Source: Candidatus Poribacteria bacterium (lineage in GTDB: Bacteria; Poribacteria; WGA-4E; WGA-3G). From it: a stretch of 64,000 bases of DNA. Every line of letters starts with the position of its first letter. Position 1 is the stretch's first letter. The translations under genes and the position numbers were made by a program. Shown here one piece after another: positions 38,868 through 49,501 of this stretch. Below the pieces are notes generated by a model. That model was not told the origin of the DNA, ran no database searches, and worked only from the letters and a program-made list of their open reading frames with translations. The stretch covers positions 4,928,001-4,992,000 of the forward strand of contig OZ251518.1 in NCBI GenBank assembly GCA_965242965.1. Direction: 5' to 3'.

Positions 38868-40070
38868 TTAGGGTGCGATGACCTGGAATTGCTGGATCTG
38901 CCCATCTTTGACGATATGAATAGCCCCTCTCTTAATCGGATGCCGGTTTTCATCATAACTTGAGAGTCCTATCGCCCCGCGGTAATCTGTCGTTGCGGCG
39001 ATTTGTTCCCGAATTGCGGGACCGGTCAGGTTCTCAGCACGTTCTATCGCCTGCGCCAAGATCATGAACGCGTCATACGCCATGGCGGCACCTATTTTGG
39101 GGTTCGTCCCGAACATTTCGTTGTAAGCGGCCACAAATTGCTTGGCTTCTTCCGGTGTATGTTCGGTGATAGGCAGTGCCCAAAATTGGCTGACAAAGTA
39201 GGTGTCTTCAACCGCCGCGCCGCCCTTTGTAATCAGGTCTGGATGATCCCATCCATCGCCGCCGAGGAAGGTGGCAGTCATCCCGAGCGTCTCTTTTCCT
39301 TGTCGAACGGCCTCCGAGACTTCGGCTATGAAGCCTGGGATAAAAACGACATCGGGCGCGGCTTCGTTGATGGCTGTCAATTGCGTCGTGAAATCGGTAT
39401 CGCCTGGGACGTAAAATTGCTGTGCTACGACTTCACCGCCGAGCGCGGTAAAGTTCTCGGAGAAGAAGCGCGATAAGCCCGCCGAGTAAGCCTCACCGGG
39501 TTCATGCCGTTCTTCAGTCAGCAGTGCTGCTGTTTTTGCCTTTAATGTTTCCGTAGCAAACTTGGCCAGCAATTTGGCCTGGTAGGCATCGGTCAGCGCG
39601 CTCAGAAACACAAAATCTCCCGCTTCCGTGACTCGCGGGTTGGTAGGATAAGCTGTCACCATCGGAATCTGGTGCTGTTGCGCACGCGGTCCGACGTGCA
39701 CCGCATGCCGGGCCCAGTCCGGTCCGACGAGCCCCACTATCCCTTCCGCAACCAATTCCTCAAACAGTTCAAGGCTGCGTTGGGTGTCGTTGCCATCCTC
39801 TTTTGTGATGAGCGTTACCGGCTTCCCTTTGATGCCGCCTGCTGCGTTAATCTGGCTGACTGCCAATTCCACTCCGGACACGGTGGTGCCGGGCAGGGGT
39901 GCTGTCCAGATCATGCCGATTTTGATCGTTTCCTCACTGTCACTAGGCGCAACCGTCGGTTGTTCACCGGGGACAACAACTTGTTGGATGCGCTCACACG
40001 CCGAAAACATGAGGCACATCAGAAAAAGCGATACCAACACGCCGTATGCCATCACGCGTTGAGAGTTCAT
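38868..40070 (-). CDS. LivK-like lipoprotein (paralog 2)
   Basis: FSACERIQQVVVP; INAAGGIKG, FLGGDGWD. Confidence 0.88.
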   Translation of the reverse strand: MNSQRVMAYGVLVSLFLMCLMFSACERIQQVVVPGEQPTVAPSDSEETIKIGMIWTAPLPGTTVSGVELAVSQINAAGGIKGKPVTLITKEDGNDTQRSLELFEELVAEGIVGLVGPDWARHAVHVGPRAQQHQIPMVTAYPTNPRVTEAGDFVFLSALTDAYQAKLLAKFATETLKAKTAALLTEERHEPGEAYSAGLSRFFSENFTALGGEVVAQQFYVPGDTDFTTQLTAINEAAPDVVFIPGFIAEVSEAVRQGKETLGMTATFLGGDGWDHPDLITKGGAAVEDTYFVSQFWALPITEHTPEEAKQFVAAYNEMFGTNPKIGAAMAYDAFMILAQAIERAENLTGPAIREQIAATTDYRGAIGLSSYDENRHPIKRGAIHIVKDGQIQQFQVIAP

Positions 40071-40127
40071 TGGAATCCTCCGTGAGAAATTAGGCGGACA
40101 GGAATGCCCGCCTAGCAGAAAGCGAAG

Positions 40128-41333
40128 TTAAGGCGCGATAACCTGATGTGTCCGTAATTCGCCGTTTGAAATAGTGATGATGACACCACTCTTAATAGCG
40201 TGGCGGTTTTCGTCAAACTTGGAGAGCATCGTCGCGCCGCTGTAATCCATCGTTGCGGCGATCTGGTCCCGAATGGCAGCACCGCTCATATCTGCTGCAC
40301 CCTGAATCGCCTGGACCATTATCCGAACGGCATCGTATCCGAGCGCGGCGGGGCCATCCGGTGGCATCCCGTATTCTGCCGTGTAAGCCTCTACGAAGTG
40401 ACTCGCGGCTTCACCGAGGTCTGCACCGGATAGTGCAGAGAAGTGATTGACGAAGAAGCTGCCTTCAAGCGCGTCGCCGCCCATCTCCAGCAGGTTTGGC
40501 TGATCCCAGCCATCGCCGCCGAGGAAGGTGGCAGTGATGCCTGCCGCTTTTGCCTGCTGAATCGCTGTCGGCACCTCTGGCACGAAGCCGGACATGAAGA
40601 CGACATCGGGTTCCATCGCGGCAATCTCAGTGAGTTGCGCTGTGAAATCGGTATCCCCTTTATCGTAGAAAACTTCCAGCACTTCAACGCCTTCGGCGGA
40701 TTTCATCAAGTTGTCTCTGAAGTATTCCGATAACCCTTCCGAATAGGCGAGGCCGCTTTGTGTCAGGATAGCCGCTTTCTTGGCATTCAGCGATTCAGCG
40801 GCAAACTTGGCAATCAGTTCACCTTGGTAATTATCGGTGAACGCGCCCATGAACACGAAGTCCCCCGCGTCGGGAACGGTAGGGTTCGTCGGATACGTCG
40901 TTATCATGGGAATGCCGGCGGCTTGCACAACTGGCCCGACTTCAAGAGCATGCGCAGACCAGTCCGGTCCGATGATGCCCACCGCGCCATCTGCAATCAA
41001 TTCCTTGACGCGAGCGACGCTGTTTTGAGTGTTGTTTTCATCGTCTTGCGTTTCAAGGACTAAAAGTTTTCCGTTAATACCGCCTGCTTCGTTGACCTCG
41101 CTGACGGCTAATCTCGCGCCGTTCCGCGTGGTGCCGGGAAGCGGTGAGGAATAGAGCATGCCGATTTTGACGGTTTCCGACTCCACCGCGTCATCAACAG
41201 CATCAATCACACCGATAACGTCTTCCACGTCACAAGCAGAGAACATGAGGCTCATGAGCAAAAGCACTGCAACAACGCCACACGCCATGATGCAGCTGTG
41301 TGCAGTTCTCTCGGTTTTCTGTTGAAAGTTCAT
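40128..41333 (-). CDS. LivK-like lipoprotein (paralog 3)
   Basis: FSAC lipobox; VNEAGGING, FLGGDGWD. Confidence 0.88.
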   Translation of the reverse strand: MNFQQKTERTAHSCIMACGVVAVLLLMSLMFSACDVEDVIGVIDAVDDAVESETVKIGMLYSSPLPGTTRNGARLAVSEVNEAGGINGKLLVLETQDDENNTQNSVARVKELIADGAVGIIGPDWSAHALEVGPVVQAAGIPMITTYPTNPTVPDAGDFVFMGAFTDNYQGELIAKFAAESLNAKKAAILTQSGLAYSEGLSEYFRDNLMKSAEGVEVLEVFYDKGDTDFTAQLTEIAAMEPDVVFMSGFVPEVPTAIQQAKAAGITATFLGGDGWDQPNLLEMGGDALEGSFFVNHFSALSGADLGEAASHFVEAYTAEYGMPPDGPAALGYDAVRIMVQAIQGAADMSGAAIRDQIAATMDYSGATMLSKFDENRHAIKSGVIITISNGELRTHQVIAP

Positions 41334-41489
41334 GAAAAGTCTCCTTTTAAATCGGTTGGCACAAGTGCCAGACCTGGTGAGGGTTTTGTTTTATTAGGGA
41401 TACCGCGGTGAACCCATGCACTCGCGATGTCCCGTTGTCAATACGTTGGTAGAGTTTAGCACATTTGATAAGAAAATGTCAAATGTGTT

Positions 41490-41740
41490 GGCATTGCGGG
41501 GGACAGGCCCCGCGCTACGGTGATAAGAAAAATCAAATATCGTGGCATCGCGGGGTAGGAGAGACCTCCTGGTCTCGATTATCCCCGGTAGGAGAACATG
41601 TCAAATGTGTTGGCATCGCGGGGGACAGGCCCCCGCGCTACGGTGAAAAAATGTAATGGCATCGCGGGGGACAGGCCCCCGCGCTACGGTGAAAAAATGT
41701 GATGGCATCGCGGGGGATAGGCCCCCGCGCTACGGTGAAA
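41490..41740. repeat. REP array
   Basis: Direct copies of ATCGCGGGGGACAGGCCCCCGCGCTACGGTGAAAA. Confidence 0.82.
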
Positions 41741-41772
41741 GCAGTGCTACGGTGAAAAACGGATGCCCACCA

Positions 41773-44373
41773 CTAAAAATCGTAATTCACCTTAGCATAC
41801 CAAAACGCGCCGCCAAACCCATAAGGACTATACTCGCCGAAAGGTCTGCCAACGCTATCCGCTGGGAGCTCACCTTCGGTAACGTTGTCAGGTTCAACGT
41901 TGAGGACATTTTGGACACCGACGGTGAGAGACATGTTCTCAATAAACGCGTAGTTTGCCTCAAGATCGACGAGAAACGCGCCGCCATAAACCTGTTCACC
42001 GACAGCATTTTCATACCACGGGCCATAGTAATTGACACGTCCAAGCACGCCCAAGTTATCGAGAATTTCTTGTGTCAAAGTGACATTCCCGCGGTGCCGC
42101 GGCAGTCCTTCTTCCAAGAGTCTGACGCGCTTGTCGTCCAGAATGTCTGCATTCCGCTCGGTAACTTCGGTGCTTGTCCAGTTGTAGGCGAGACTTACTG
42201 CCCCTTCAAGCATCGGGATAGTGAGCACGACATCAATGCCTTGCGTGCTGGTTTCAAATTCGTTGGTAAAGAACCGAAATTCCTGCAGGTTGCCCGCGCT
42301 CGTGATTCCTTCGGCGACGAGTTTCTGAATATCTGATTCGCTAATATCCTCGCCGCGTGTGAAATCCTTTGAGGGAGCAAGCCGGTCTTCCACGCGGATA
42401 TTGAAATAGTCCACCGTGACGCTGACGCTGTCGTGGTTGATAACCGTTCCAAGCGTGATGTTGGTAGACGTTTCTGGCTCAAGTGCCGTGCCTCCCACTA
42501 ACCCCGCGGCGGCGTGCGTGGAGGGAATCGTGCCTTTATTGACAAGTTTCCCATCTGCACCGAATTCGGTTGTGACGTTAAAGGCGTTCTGCTGTCCGGG
42601 TGTCGGTGCCCGGAACCCGGTGTTATAGCTGCCGCGCACGCGCCAATCAACAGGCATATCCATCGCGGCGAGTGCCATCAGCGAATCAGTAATCCCGAAA
42701 TTCGTTGCCACCTTGTAGTTGAGGGTGCTCCCGAAATCGTCAAAGTATTCGCCGCGGAGCGCAAGCCCCAGCAGCCAGTAGTCAACCGGTCTTAACTCCG
42801 TTTCCACATAACCTGCGTAGTTGGCGCGAGTCCAACTGCCCTCGGCGATATCGCTGAAACCGGGAAACCCGTTGGAACCAGAACTAAAGCCTTGGCTCGC
42901 TAATGGACCGATTTCCCAAGACTCCGACTGTCCCGCCACAATTTCAAAACTTTCTATCCGATATTCCGCACCCGCGGCGAGGAAAACCTTGTCATGTAGC
43001 GGATAGGTGAGATCGAGGTTGATGTTCACCTGGTCTTGGATATAATCGCCCGGGTCAAATTCGGTCGGTGTATCGGGACCGAGGGAGGCGTTCACCGTGT
43101 TTTTGATAAAGAAATCGGATTGATGTCCGCCGCAAGAACCACTCAGATCCCACCCCAGTTTCTCTGCCAACGTGCCTCTGAGGCCAAGGAGACCTGAGGC
43201 ATCAATGGTATTCGCGCCGAAGCGTGGCGTGAAACCGCCGGGGAAAAGTTCCTGGAAAGTGAAAAGATTCGGATCGGAGAGAACCTGCTGCAAAGCGGCG
43301 GACTCGGGACGATTGTTCACTATTGCGACTGTTGGGACTTCGCCCGTGCCGGATAACCGCCCAACGAGCAAGGTTTCGCCACCGTCTTTACTATAGACAG
43401 CACCGCGCGTATTAGGATTCCGGAAATAGAAGCCGCCTTCTACTTCTTTCTGCGCGAAGTTTCCGTGTCCATAGAGTTGGACAGTCTCCGTGATGTCCGC
43501 GCCGTAGTTGGCGAAAAATTTCAGGTCATTCCGGACAATAGGCAAGCCCCACGGTTGCGCCGGGTCTGCCACATCGGTATTGCCAGCTGCTATGAGTGCC
43601 AGTGCATCGGCACGCTGCACGGACCGGTCAGTCTCATCAGCGTTCCCGTATTCCAGGCTGAGATTCGCCCAGAGTTCTTCGCGTCCGAGTCCGATATTTC
43701 CGGCGAAAGAATAGGCGAGTCCATCACCGGCTTGGAAAATACTCGGCTTGATTTGGAAGGAACCGCCGCTGTAATTGTCTTTCAGTTTCAGATTCATCAC
43801 GCCAGCGATGGCATCGGAGCCGTATTGTGCCGATGCGCCGTCACGGAGCACTTCCACCTGTTTCAAAGCGATGGAGGGGATAGGCGAGAGGTCTGCGCCT
43901 TGTGCGCCATCAGAAATCCCGTTGCCAAGCCAATAAATGACAGAGGCGCGATGACGGCGTTTGCCGTTAACGAGGAGTAACGTGTGGTCTGGCGCGAGTC
44001 CGCGAAGGTTCGCTGGACGCACGACAGTCGCCGCATCGCTAATCGGCTGCGCGTTCACGTTGTAAGAGGGAACGACATTTCTCAGCAGGTCTGGTAAGTC
44101 TGTCCCGGCTTGCTTAACAAATTCTTCACCGCCGAGGACATCAATCGGCACGGCGGATTCAATTACGGAGCGCGGTTGCGCGCGGGAACCGACGGTGACA
44201 ACACCTTCAATCTGCACGACATCTGCGCCTGCAGGTTGTTCTATCGCCTCTTGGGTTTGGGCGGTAGCTTCTTCCTCGCTTTCATGTCCCTCAGCCTGTG
44301 CTATTGAAGGGAAAAAGGCAGCAAGAACGCCTAGAACAAGCATCATTTTCAACATGATGGTGTGCTTCATCAT
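41773..44373 (-). CDS. TonB-dependent receptor
   Basis: Signal peptide, VVTVGSR, LRGLAPDHTLLLVNGKRRH plug, VEVLRDGASAQYGSDAIAGV, C-terminal YDF. Confidence 0.93.
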   Translation of the reverse strand: MMKHTIMLKMMLVLGVLAAFFPSIAQAEGHESEEEATAQTQEAIEQPAGADVVQIEGVVTVGSRAQPRSVIESAVPIDVLGGEEFVKQAGTDLPDLLRNVVPSYNVNAQPISDAATVVRPANLRGLAPDHTLLLVNGKRRHRASVIYWLGNGISDGAQGADLSPIPSIALKQVEVLRDGASAQYGSDAIAGVMNLKLKDNYSGGSFQIKPSIFQAGDGLAYSFAGNIGLGREELWANLSLEYGNADETDRSVQRADALALIAAGNTDVADPAQPWGLPIVRNDLKFFANYGADITETVQLYGHGNFAQKEVEGGFYFRNPNTRGAVYSKDGGETLLVGRLSGTGEVPTVAIVNNRPESAALQQVLSDPNLFTFQELFPGGFTPRFGANTIDASGLLGLRGTLAEKLGWDLSGSCGGHQSDFFIKNTVNASLGPDTPTEFDPGDYIQDQVNINLDLTYPLHDKVFLAAGAEYRIESFEIVAGQSESWEIGPLASQGFSSGSNGFPGFSDIAEGSWTRANYAGYVETELRPVDYWLLGLALRGEYFDDFGSTLNYKVATNFGITDSLMALAAMDMPVDWRVRGSYNTGFRAPTPGQQNAFNVTTEFGADGKLVNKGTIPSTHAAAGLVGGTALEPETSTNITLGTVINHDSVSVTVDYFNIRVEDRLAPSKDFTRGEDISESDIQKLVAEGITSAGNLQEFRFFTNEFETSTQGIDVVLTIPMLEGAVSLAYNWTSTEVTERNADILDDKRVRLLEEGLPRHRGNVTLTQEILDNLGVLGRVNYYGPWYENAVGEQVYGGAFLVDLEANYAFIENMSLTVGVQNVLNVEPDNVTEGELPADSVGRPFGEYSPYGFGGAFWYAKVNYDF

Positions 44374-44542
44374 TCAGAACTCCTTTTAATTTTTAAGTAT
44401 TACGTTTGGTAGATTGTTTTGGATAGGACTTAGGCAGCCTCAACACCGTAGGTTCGCGTTGTCCGCACACACGCGCGACTTCGCCGGTGCATGGTTGAAA
44501 ACCGCGCCTACCGGTGAGGTGCATAAGTTTCGCTAGGATAGG

Positions 44543-44571
44543 AAAAAGGGCGGATATGTCATACCCGCCCT
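44543..44571 (-). terminator. Intrinsic terminator after the first TBDR
   Basis: AGGGCGGGTATGACATATCCGCCC followed by TTTTT on the minus strand. Confidence 0.7.
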
Positions 44572-44581
44572 GCCGACAACC

Positions 44582-47146
44582 CTAGAAGTTGTAGTTCGCT
44601 TTGGCATACCAGAACGCGCCGGCAAAACCAAACGGGCTGTATTCGCCGTAGAGGTTCCCGAATCGATAGGGTTGTAGAATTTTATCGGGATAGTTGTTCA
44701 AGATATTCTGCGCACCGACGGTAAGCGAGATGCCGGTGTCGGTGAATGCGTAGGTGGTTTCAACATCAAAAACCATCTCGCTGCTGAATGTATGTTCAAC
44801 GAGTGTGCCTTCCCACCAACCGCCGAAGTAGCTCGCGCGTCCGAGGACATCCCAGTTCGCGTTCACGGGTTGCCGCATGGTAAGACTCCATCGGTTTTTC
44901 GGAACGCCTTCTTCGAGGAGCCGGATACGCAGTTCACCGGTAAGATCCGTGGAATCGGTGACTTCGGTATCGGTATAGTTATAGGCGAGACTGACATCGC
45001 CTTTTCCTACCGGCGCGGTGAGGACGACATCAATACCCTGTGTCCGGGTAGTAAAGTCGTTGACAAAGAACCGGAATCTTTGCAGATTGCCCGCGCTCGT
45101 GATGCCAGCGGCGAGAAGTTGCTGCCGCTCCGCGTCTGTCAACTCAAAATTCTTTGAAAGCGACAGCCGGTCTTTTACCTCAATATTGAAATAGTCAAGG
45201 GTAACGTTGACTTCAGAGAGCAACACGATGATGCCCGCTGTGATATTGATAGACGTTTCCGGCTGCAGTGCTTCGCCGCCTTTGAGTTCGGCAGCGGCGT
45301 TGGTTGACGGAATCGTGCCGTTGTTCACCAGGTCATTGTTCTCAACGTCAAATTCAGTTGTGACGTTAAAGGCGTTCTGTTGCCCGGGTGTCGGTGCTCT
45401 GAATCCGGTACTGAAACTGCCACGCAACTTCAGTTCATCCGTAACGCCGAAGTTCGTCGCGAGTTTGTAGTTAAGCGTGCTGCCGAAGTCATCGAAGTTT
45501 TCACCGCGGACAGCGGCACCCAGCAGCCAGTTTTGCACCGGCCGGAATTCGGCTTCAACATAACCTGCGACGTTGGCGCGGTCCCACGTGCCGGAGGCAA
45601 CTTCGCTGAACCCCGGAAAACCGTTGGAAGCCGCACTAAACCCTTGTCCAGCCAGCGGACCGATTTCAAAGGATTCTTTTTGGCCCTGCACAATCTCAAA
45701 GCGTTCTATCCGATATTCAGCCCCGCCCGCGAGGAATAACTCGTTCATGACAGGATACGTGAAGTCGGCGTTAAAGTTGAGATCCCACTGAATGTAATCA
45801 CCGGGATTGAATTCGGTTGGCGTATCAGGTCCTAGAGAGGCATTGACGGTATTGTTGATAAAAAAGTCCGACACATGTTCACCATGAGACGCACTGATGT
45901 CCCAGCCCAATTTTTCTGCAACCGTCCCGCGCACGCCGAGGACGACAGATCTATCCTTGGTATCCGCGCCGAAGCGGGGGGTGAAACCCCCAGGGAACAT
46001 TTCTTGGAATGAGAACAAGTTATCGTCATCTTTGACGGTGGCTAGTGCCGCTGAGTCAGGAACGTTGTTAGTGACTGCAACAACCGGCACTTCGCCTGCT
46101 CCACTCAGATTTCCGATAAGAAGCGTGCTTCCACCATCGTTGCTGAATACGCTGCCGCGGGTGTTTGGATTACGGAAGAAGAACCCACCCTCAACGCGCT
46201 TTTGAGCGTAGTTAGCGTGCCCATAGAAATTGGCCACGTCTTCAACGAGGGTCGCGCCGTAATTCGCGAAGAGTTTCAAGTCATCTGCAATTTCGGGCTG
46301 CCCCCAAATCTGTGCAGGATCGTTCACACGGGTATTGCCTGCGGCAATCAGTCCCTCGGCATCAATACGTTGGACAGAACGGATAGTGTCACCGGAATAA
46401 CCGTATTCAAGGCTCAGGTTCGTCCAAAGGTCTTTCCTACCGAGGCCGAGATTCGCGGCGATAGAATACAATTCACCGTCGCCATCTTGGAATGCCCCGG
46501 CTTTGGTTTCGATGGCGATGCCTTCGTAGTTATCACGCAACTGGAAGTTCATCACACCGGCGATGGCATCGGAGCCATACTGTGCCGATGCGCCATCACG
46601 GAGCACTTCCACCTGTTTCAGCGCGATGGCCGGAATAGCGGAAAGATCTGGCCCTTGCGCGCCATCGGAGATACCGTTGCCGAGCCAATAAATGACAGAG
46701 GCACGGTGGCGGCGTTTGCCGTTGACAAGCACCAACGTGTGGTCTGGGGCAAGTCCCCGTAAGTTCGCCGGCCGCACGACAGTCGCCGCATCGCTGATAG
46801 GCTGCGTGTTGATATTGTAAGAGGGAACGACGTTTCGCAAAAGGTCATTCAAGTCGGTTCCACCCTGCTTGACGAATTCCCCACTGCCGAGGACATCAAT
46901 CGGCACAGTCGAGTCGATAACGGAGCGCGGTTGCGCGCGAGAACCGACGGTGACGATACCTTCAATCTGCACTACGTCTGCGGTTAAGGTTTGTTCCGCT
47001 GCTTCTTCAGGTTCCGTTTCAGCGGCAACCTCTTCGGTGCTTTCGTGTCCTTCAGCTTGCACAAGCACCGGGAACAGTGCGAAAAGCACTGCAATCATGC
47101 TAAATACAAAAACGATATGGCGAGAATTTACCGTTCGTTTCATCAT
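44582..47146 (-). CDS. TonB-dependent receptor (paralog)
   Basis: Same plug motifs; C-terminal YNF; AAGGAG SD. Confidence 0.93.
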   Translation of the reverse strand: MMKRTVNSRHIVFVFSMIAVLFALFPVLVQAEGHESTEEVAAETEPEEAAEQTLTADVVQIEGIVTVGSRAQPRSVIDSTVPIDVLGSGEFVKQGGTDLNDLLRNVVPSYNINTQPISDAATVVRPANLRGLAPDHTLVLVNGKRRHRASVIYWLGNGISDGAQGPDLSAIPAIALKQVEVLRDGASAQYGSDAIAGVMNFQLRDNYEGIAIETKAGAFQDGDGELYSIAANLGLGRKDLWTNLSLEYGYSGDTIRSVQRIDAEGLIAAGNTRVNDPAQIWGQPEIADDLKLFANYGATLVEDVANFYGHANYAQKRVEGGFFFRNPNTRGSVFSNDGGSTLLIGNLSGAGEVPVVAVTNNVPDSAALATVKDDDNLFSFQEMFPGGFTPRFGADTKDRSVVLGVRGTVAEKLGWDISASHGEHVSDFFINNTVNASLGPDTPTEFNPGDYIQWDLNFNADFTYPVMNELFLAGGAEYRIERFEIVQGQKESFEIGPLAGQGFSAASNGFPGFSEVASGTWDRANVAGYVEAEFRPVQNWLLGAAVRGENFDDFGSTLNYKLATNFGVTDELKLRGSFSTGFRAPTPGQQNAFNVTTEFDVENNDLVNNGTIPSTNAAAELKGGEALQPETSINITAGIIVLLSEVNVTLDYFNIEVKDRLSLSKNFELTDAERQQLLAAGITSAGNLQRFRFFVNDFTTRTQGIDVVLTAPVGKGDVSLAYNYTDTEVTDSTDLTGELRIRLLEEGVPKNRWSLTMRQPVNANWDVLGRASYFGGWWEGTLVEHTFSSEMVFDVETTYAFTDTGISLTVGAQNILNNYPDKILQPYRFGNLYGEYSPFGFAGAFWYAKANYNF

Positions 47147-47480
47147 TCTGTATTCTCCTTAATTGGATAAATTTCAGAGTCATTTACCGTTTTAAATGAC
47201 AAAAGGGTCCTGTCAAACTTATGTTCAGGGCACAACCGGTGCGACAAGGCGCGTAGAGCGGCGCGACCTTCGCTGGCGCGCCACGCAGACAGGCTTAAAT
47301 AGAATTGCCTGTTACCCTCATATTTCGCATTTCAGTAGCCACATGTTACACAGTTAGACAGTACCCTCAAATAGTTCTGCAAAATTTCTATGCGTCGCTC
47401 GCCGACAGAAAGCCACGTTATTCCACACGTCCTTCCAAAGGACAGTAGACGCTTACGCTTATCCGTGCGAGCCGTTATAT

Positions 47481-47509
47481 AGTATACCACAAACAAGGCG
47501 GTTTGTCAA
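47481..47509 (-). promoter_or_regulatory. Sigma70 promoter of the TBDR locus with a leader of about 330 nt
   Basis: TTGACA-17 nt-TATACT with TG extension. Confidence 0.75.
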
Positions 47510-47591
47510 ATTTATTTTTACAAAGCAGGGAATTTGCTGAATTTTCGTTGCTATTTGTAAAAAAGATGGTATAATAGAGGAAGAATTAATA

Positions 47592-48014
47592 TGAGGGTGT
47601 TTCATATTTTTTTCGATGTGTTCGGTAGGAGAGACCTCGGGGCTCGATTTCCGGTAGGAGAGACCTCCTGGTCTCGATGCAATAGGCGGCAGAAAGCCCC
47701 CTTGCAAAAACGTCTCTTAGGTCCTAAAGGACCTAAAACGCCACCGCTTGACGATGGAGTTCGCGGGGGACAGGCCCCCGCGCTACGGTAAAAAACAGTC
47801 CCCTTCAGCGTAGGGTGAGGGCCTGTCCCTCGCCATGCGTTTGGTTGGCAGACTGCATCACCCCTGTAGGTCAGGATCGTCCGATCCTGACCCGTTTTAC
47901 CGCCCGCAGGCGATCCCGAACTACAGAGGTGGGCCCGATGTCTTCCAGTAGGAGAAATCTCAAGACCAGGAGGTCTCTCCTACCGGGAAGCCATCGATTT
48001 ATGAAACACCCTCA
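47592..48014. mobile_element. MITE-like cassette: terminal inverted repeats enclosing a REP mosaic
   Basis: TGAGGGTGTTTCATA ... TATGAAACACCCTCA (perfect 15-bp inverted repeat); no transposase inside. Confidence 0.7.
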
Positions 48015-48089
48015 CTTAAAGGGAAGCCCAGCCTACAAGCGAAAAGGACGTGCTTATCAAAAACTGCATTACGATACTTGGAGAACCTT

Positions 48090-49325
48090 GTGAATATTGA
48101 TACTTTAAAAGGAAAAACAATCGGTGCCGCCGTGTCGGGCGGCTTAGATAGCTGCACTATCACCAAATGGTTAGTCGATAACGGCGTCAACGTCGTCTGT
48201 TTTACGGCAGACCTCGGGCAGCCCGATGAGCGCGACGTTTCTGAAATTCGGGAACGGATGTTAGCGTGCGGTGCTGAAGAAGCCGTTATCGTGGATGCCA
48301 AAGCCGCGCTCGCCGAAGAAGGCATCCGGCTTATCCAATCTCAAGCAATGTATGAAGGTGGATATTGGAATACCACCGGCATTGCGCGGCATGTCACGGT
48401 AAAGGCACTTTTGCCGGAGATGGAGAAGCGCGGCATCACCATTTTAACGCACGGCGCGACCGGCCGTGGAAATGACCAGGTGCGGTTTCAACTCGCCACG
48501 AATATGCTCAATCCGCACTTCTCTGTCTATGCCCCGTGGCGCGATGCCAAGTTTCTTGAAATCTTCGGCGGCAGAAAAGAGATGATAGACTTCTGTGAAG
48601 CGCGCGGCTTGCCTATCACTGCGACACACGAGAAACCTTACTCAACCGATGCCAATTTATTGGGCTTAACACACGAAGCGGGGAGGTTAGAATCGCTCAA
48701 GACACCGGCAGGATTTATCACGCCGGGAATGGGGGTTCATCCGAAAGACGCGCCTGATGCAGCGGAACACGTCACCGTCACCTTTTCACGGGGCATCCCG
48801 GTTGAAGTGAACGGCAGTCCTGTCACGCCGTTGCAAAGTTTGCTAGAGGCGAACCGCATCGGCGGCAGAAACGGGGTTGGCATCGGCATCCACACGGTGG
48901 AGAACCGGTTCGTTGGCATCAAGAGCCGCGGTGTTTATGAATCGCCGGGGATGGAACTGCTCGGGAAGTGCTACGAATATCTGCTGCAGCTGATTTTAGA
49001 TAGAAGGGCGCGCCGACATTTCAACGACGTTGCCGCCACTATCGCGGAACAAGTTTATCAGGGATACGGATTTGACGCGGCGACGCAGGCGTTGCATGCC
49101 TCTATTGCGCACTTAACCCGCTTGGCAACCGGCACCATCACCGTCGCGCTTTACAAAGGGAATGTTGCGTTCCATGCTGCGGGCGGTGCGCCGCATTCAC
49201 TCTACTCTGAAGAAACCGCCTCTATGGAAGCAATCGGCGATTTTGACCACGGTGATTCGGAAGGCTTTTTAGGCGTGCTTGGCGTTGGCGCGCGTGCATC
49301 CGCTGTCGCTGGACAAACCCGGTAG
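48090..49325 (+). CDS. argG: Argininosuccinate synthase
   Basis: AVSGGLDS, HGATGRGNDQVRF, YSTDANLLGLTHEAG, ENRFVGIKSRGVYESP. Confidence 0.95.
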   Translation: MNIDTLKGKTIGAAVSGGLDSCTITKWLVDNGVNVVCFTADLGQPDERDVSEIRERMLACGAEEAVIVDAKAALAEEGIRLIQSQAMYEGGYWNTTGIARHVTVKALLPEMEKRGITILTHGATGRGNDQVRFQLATNMLNPHFSVYAPWRDAKFLEIFGGRKEMIDFCEARGLPITATHEKPYSTDANLLGLTHEAGRLESLKTPAGFITPGMGVHPKDAPDAAEHVTVTFSRGIPVEVNGSPVTPLQSLLEANRIGGRNGVGIGIHTVENRFVGIKSRGVYESPGMELLGKCYEYLLQLILDRRARRHFNDVAATIAEQVYQGYGFDAATQALHASIAHLTRLATGTITVALYKGNVAFHAAGGAPHSLYSEETASMEAIGDFDHGDSEGFLGVLGVGARASAVAGQTR

Positions 49326-49496
49326 GAGAGACCTCCTGGTCTCGATGGAGCGATGTTCCCGTAGGAGAGACCTCCCGGTCGCGATGGAAGCGATGTTCCA
49401 GTAGGAGAGACCGGGAGGCCACCGGCAATTCCCTATTTTTCACGGCAGCGCGGGGGCCTGTCCTCGCGCTGCTGAGCTATTTATGAAACACCCTCA
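49320..49496. repeat. REP array ending in the terminal motif
   Basis: GTAGGAGAGACC units; TATGAAACACCCTCA at 49482-49496. Confidence 0.8.
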
Positions 49497-49501
49497 CTGA
49501 C

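Noticed and set aside
47420-47470. Purine-riboswitch resemblance (GGATAAG...AAGCGTCTAC...hairpin)
   Set aside because: P1 and the loop-loop GG/CC consensus do not fit; kept only as an unclassified structured leader
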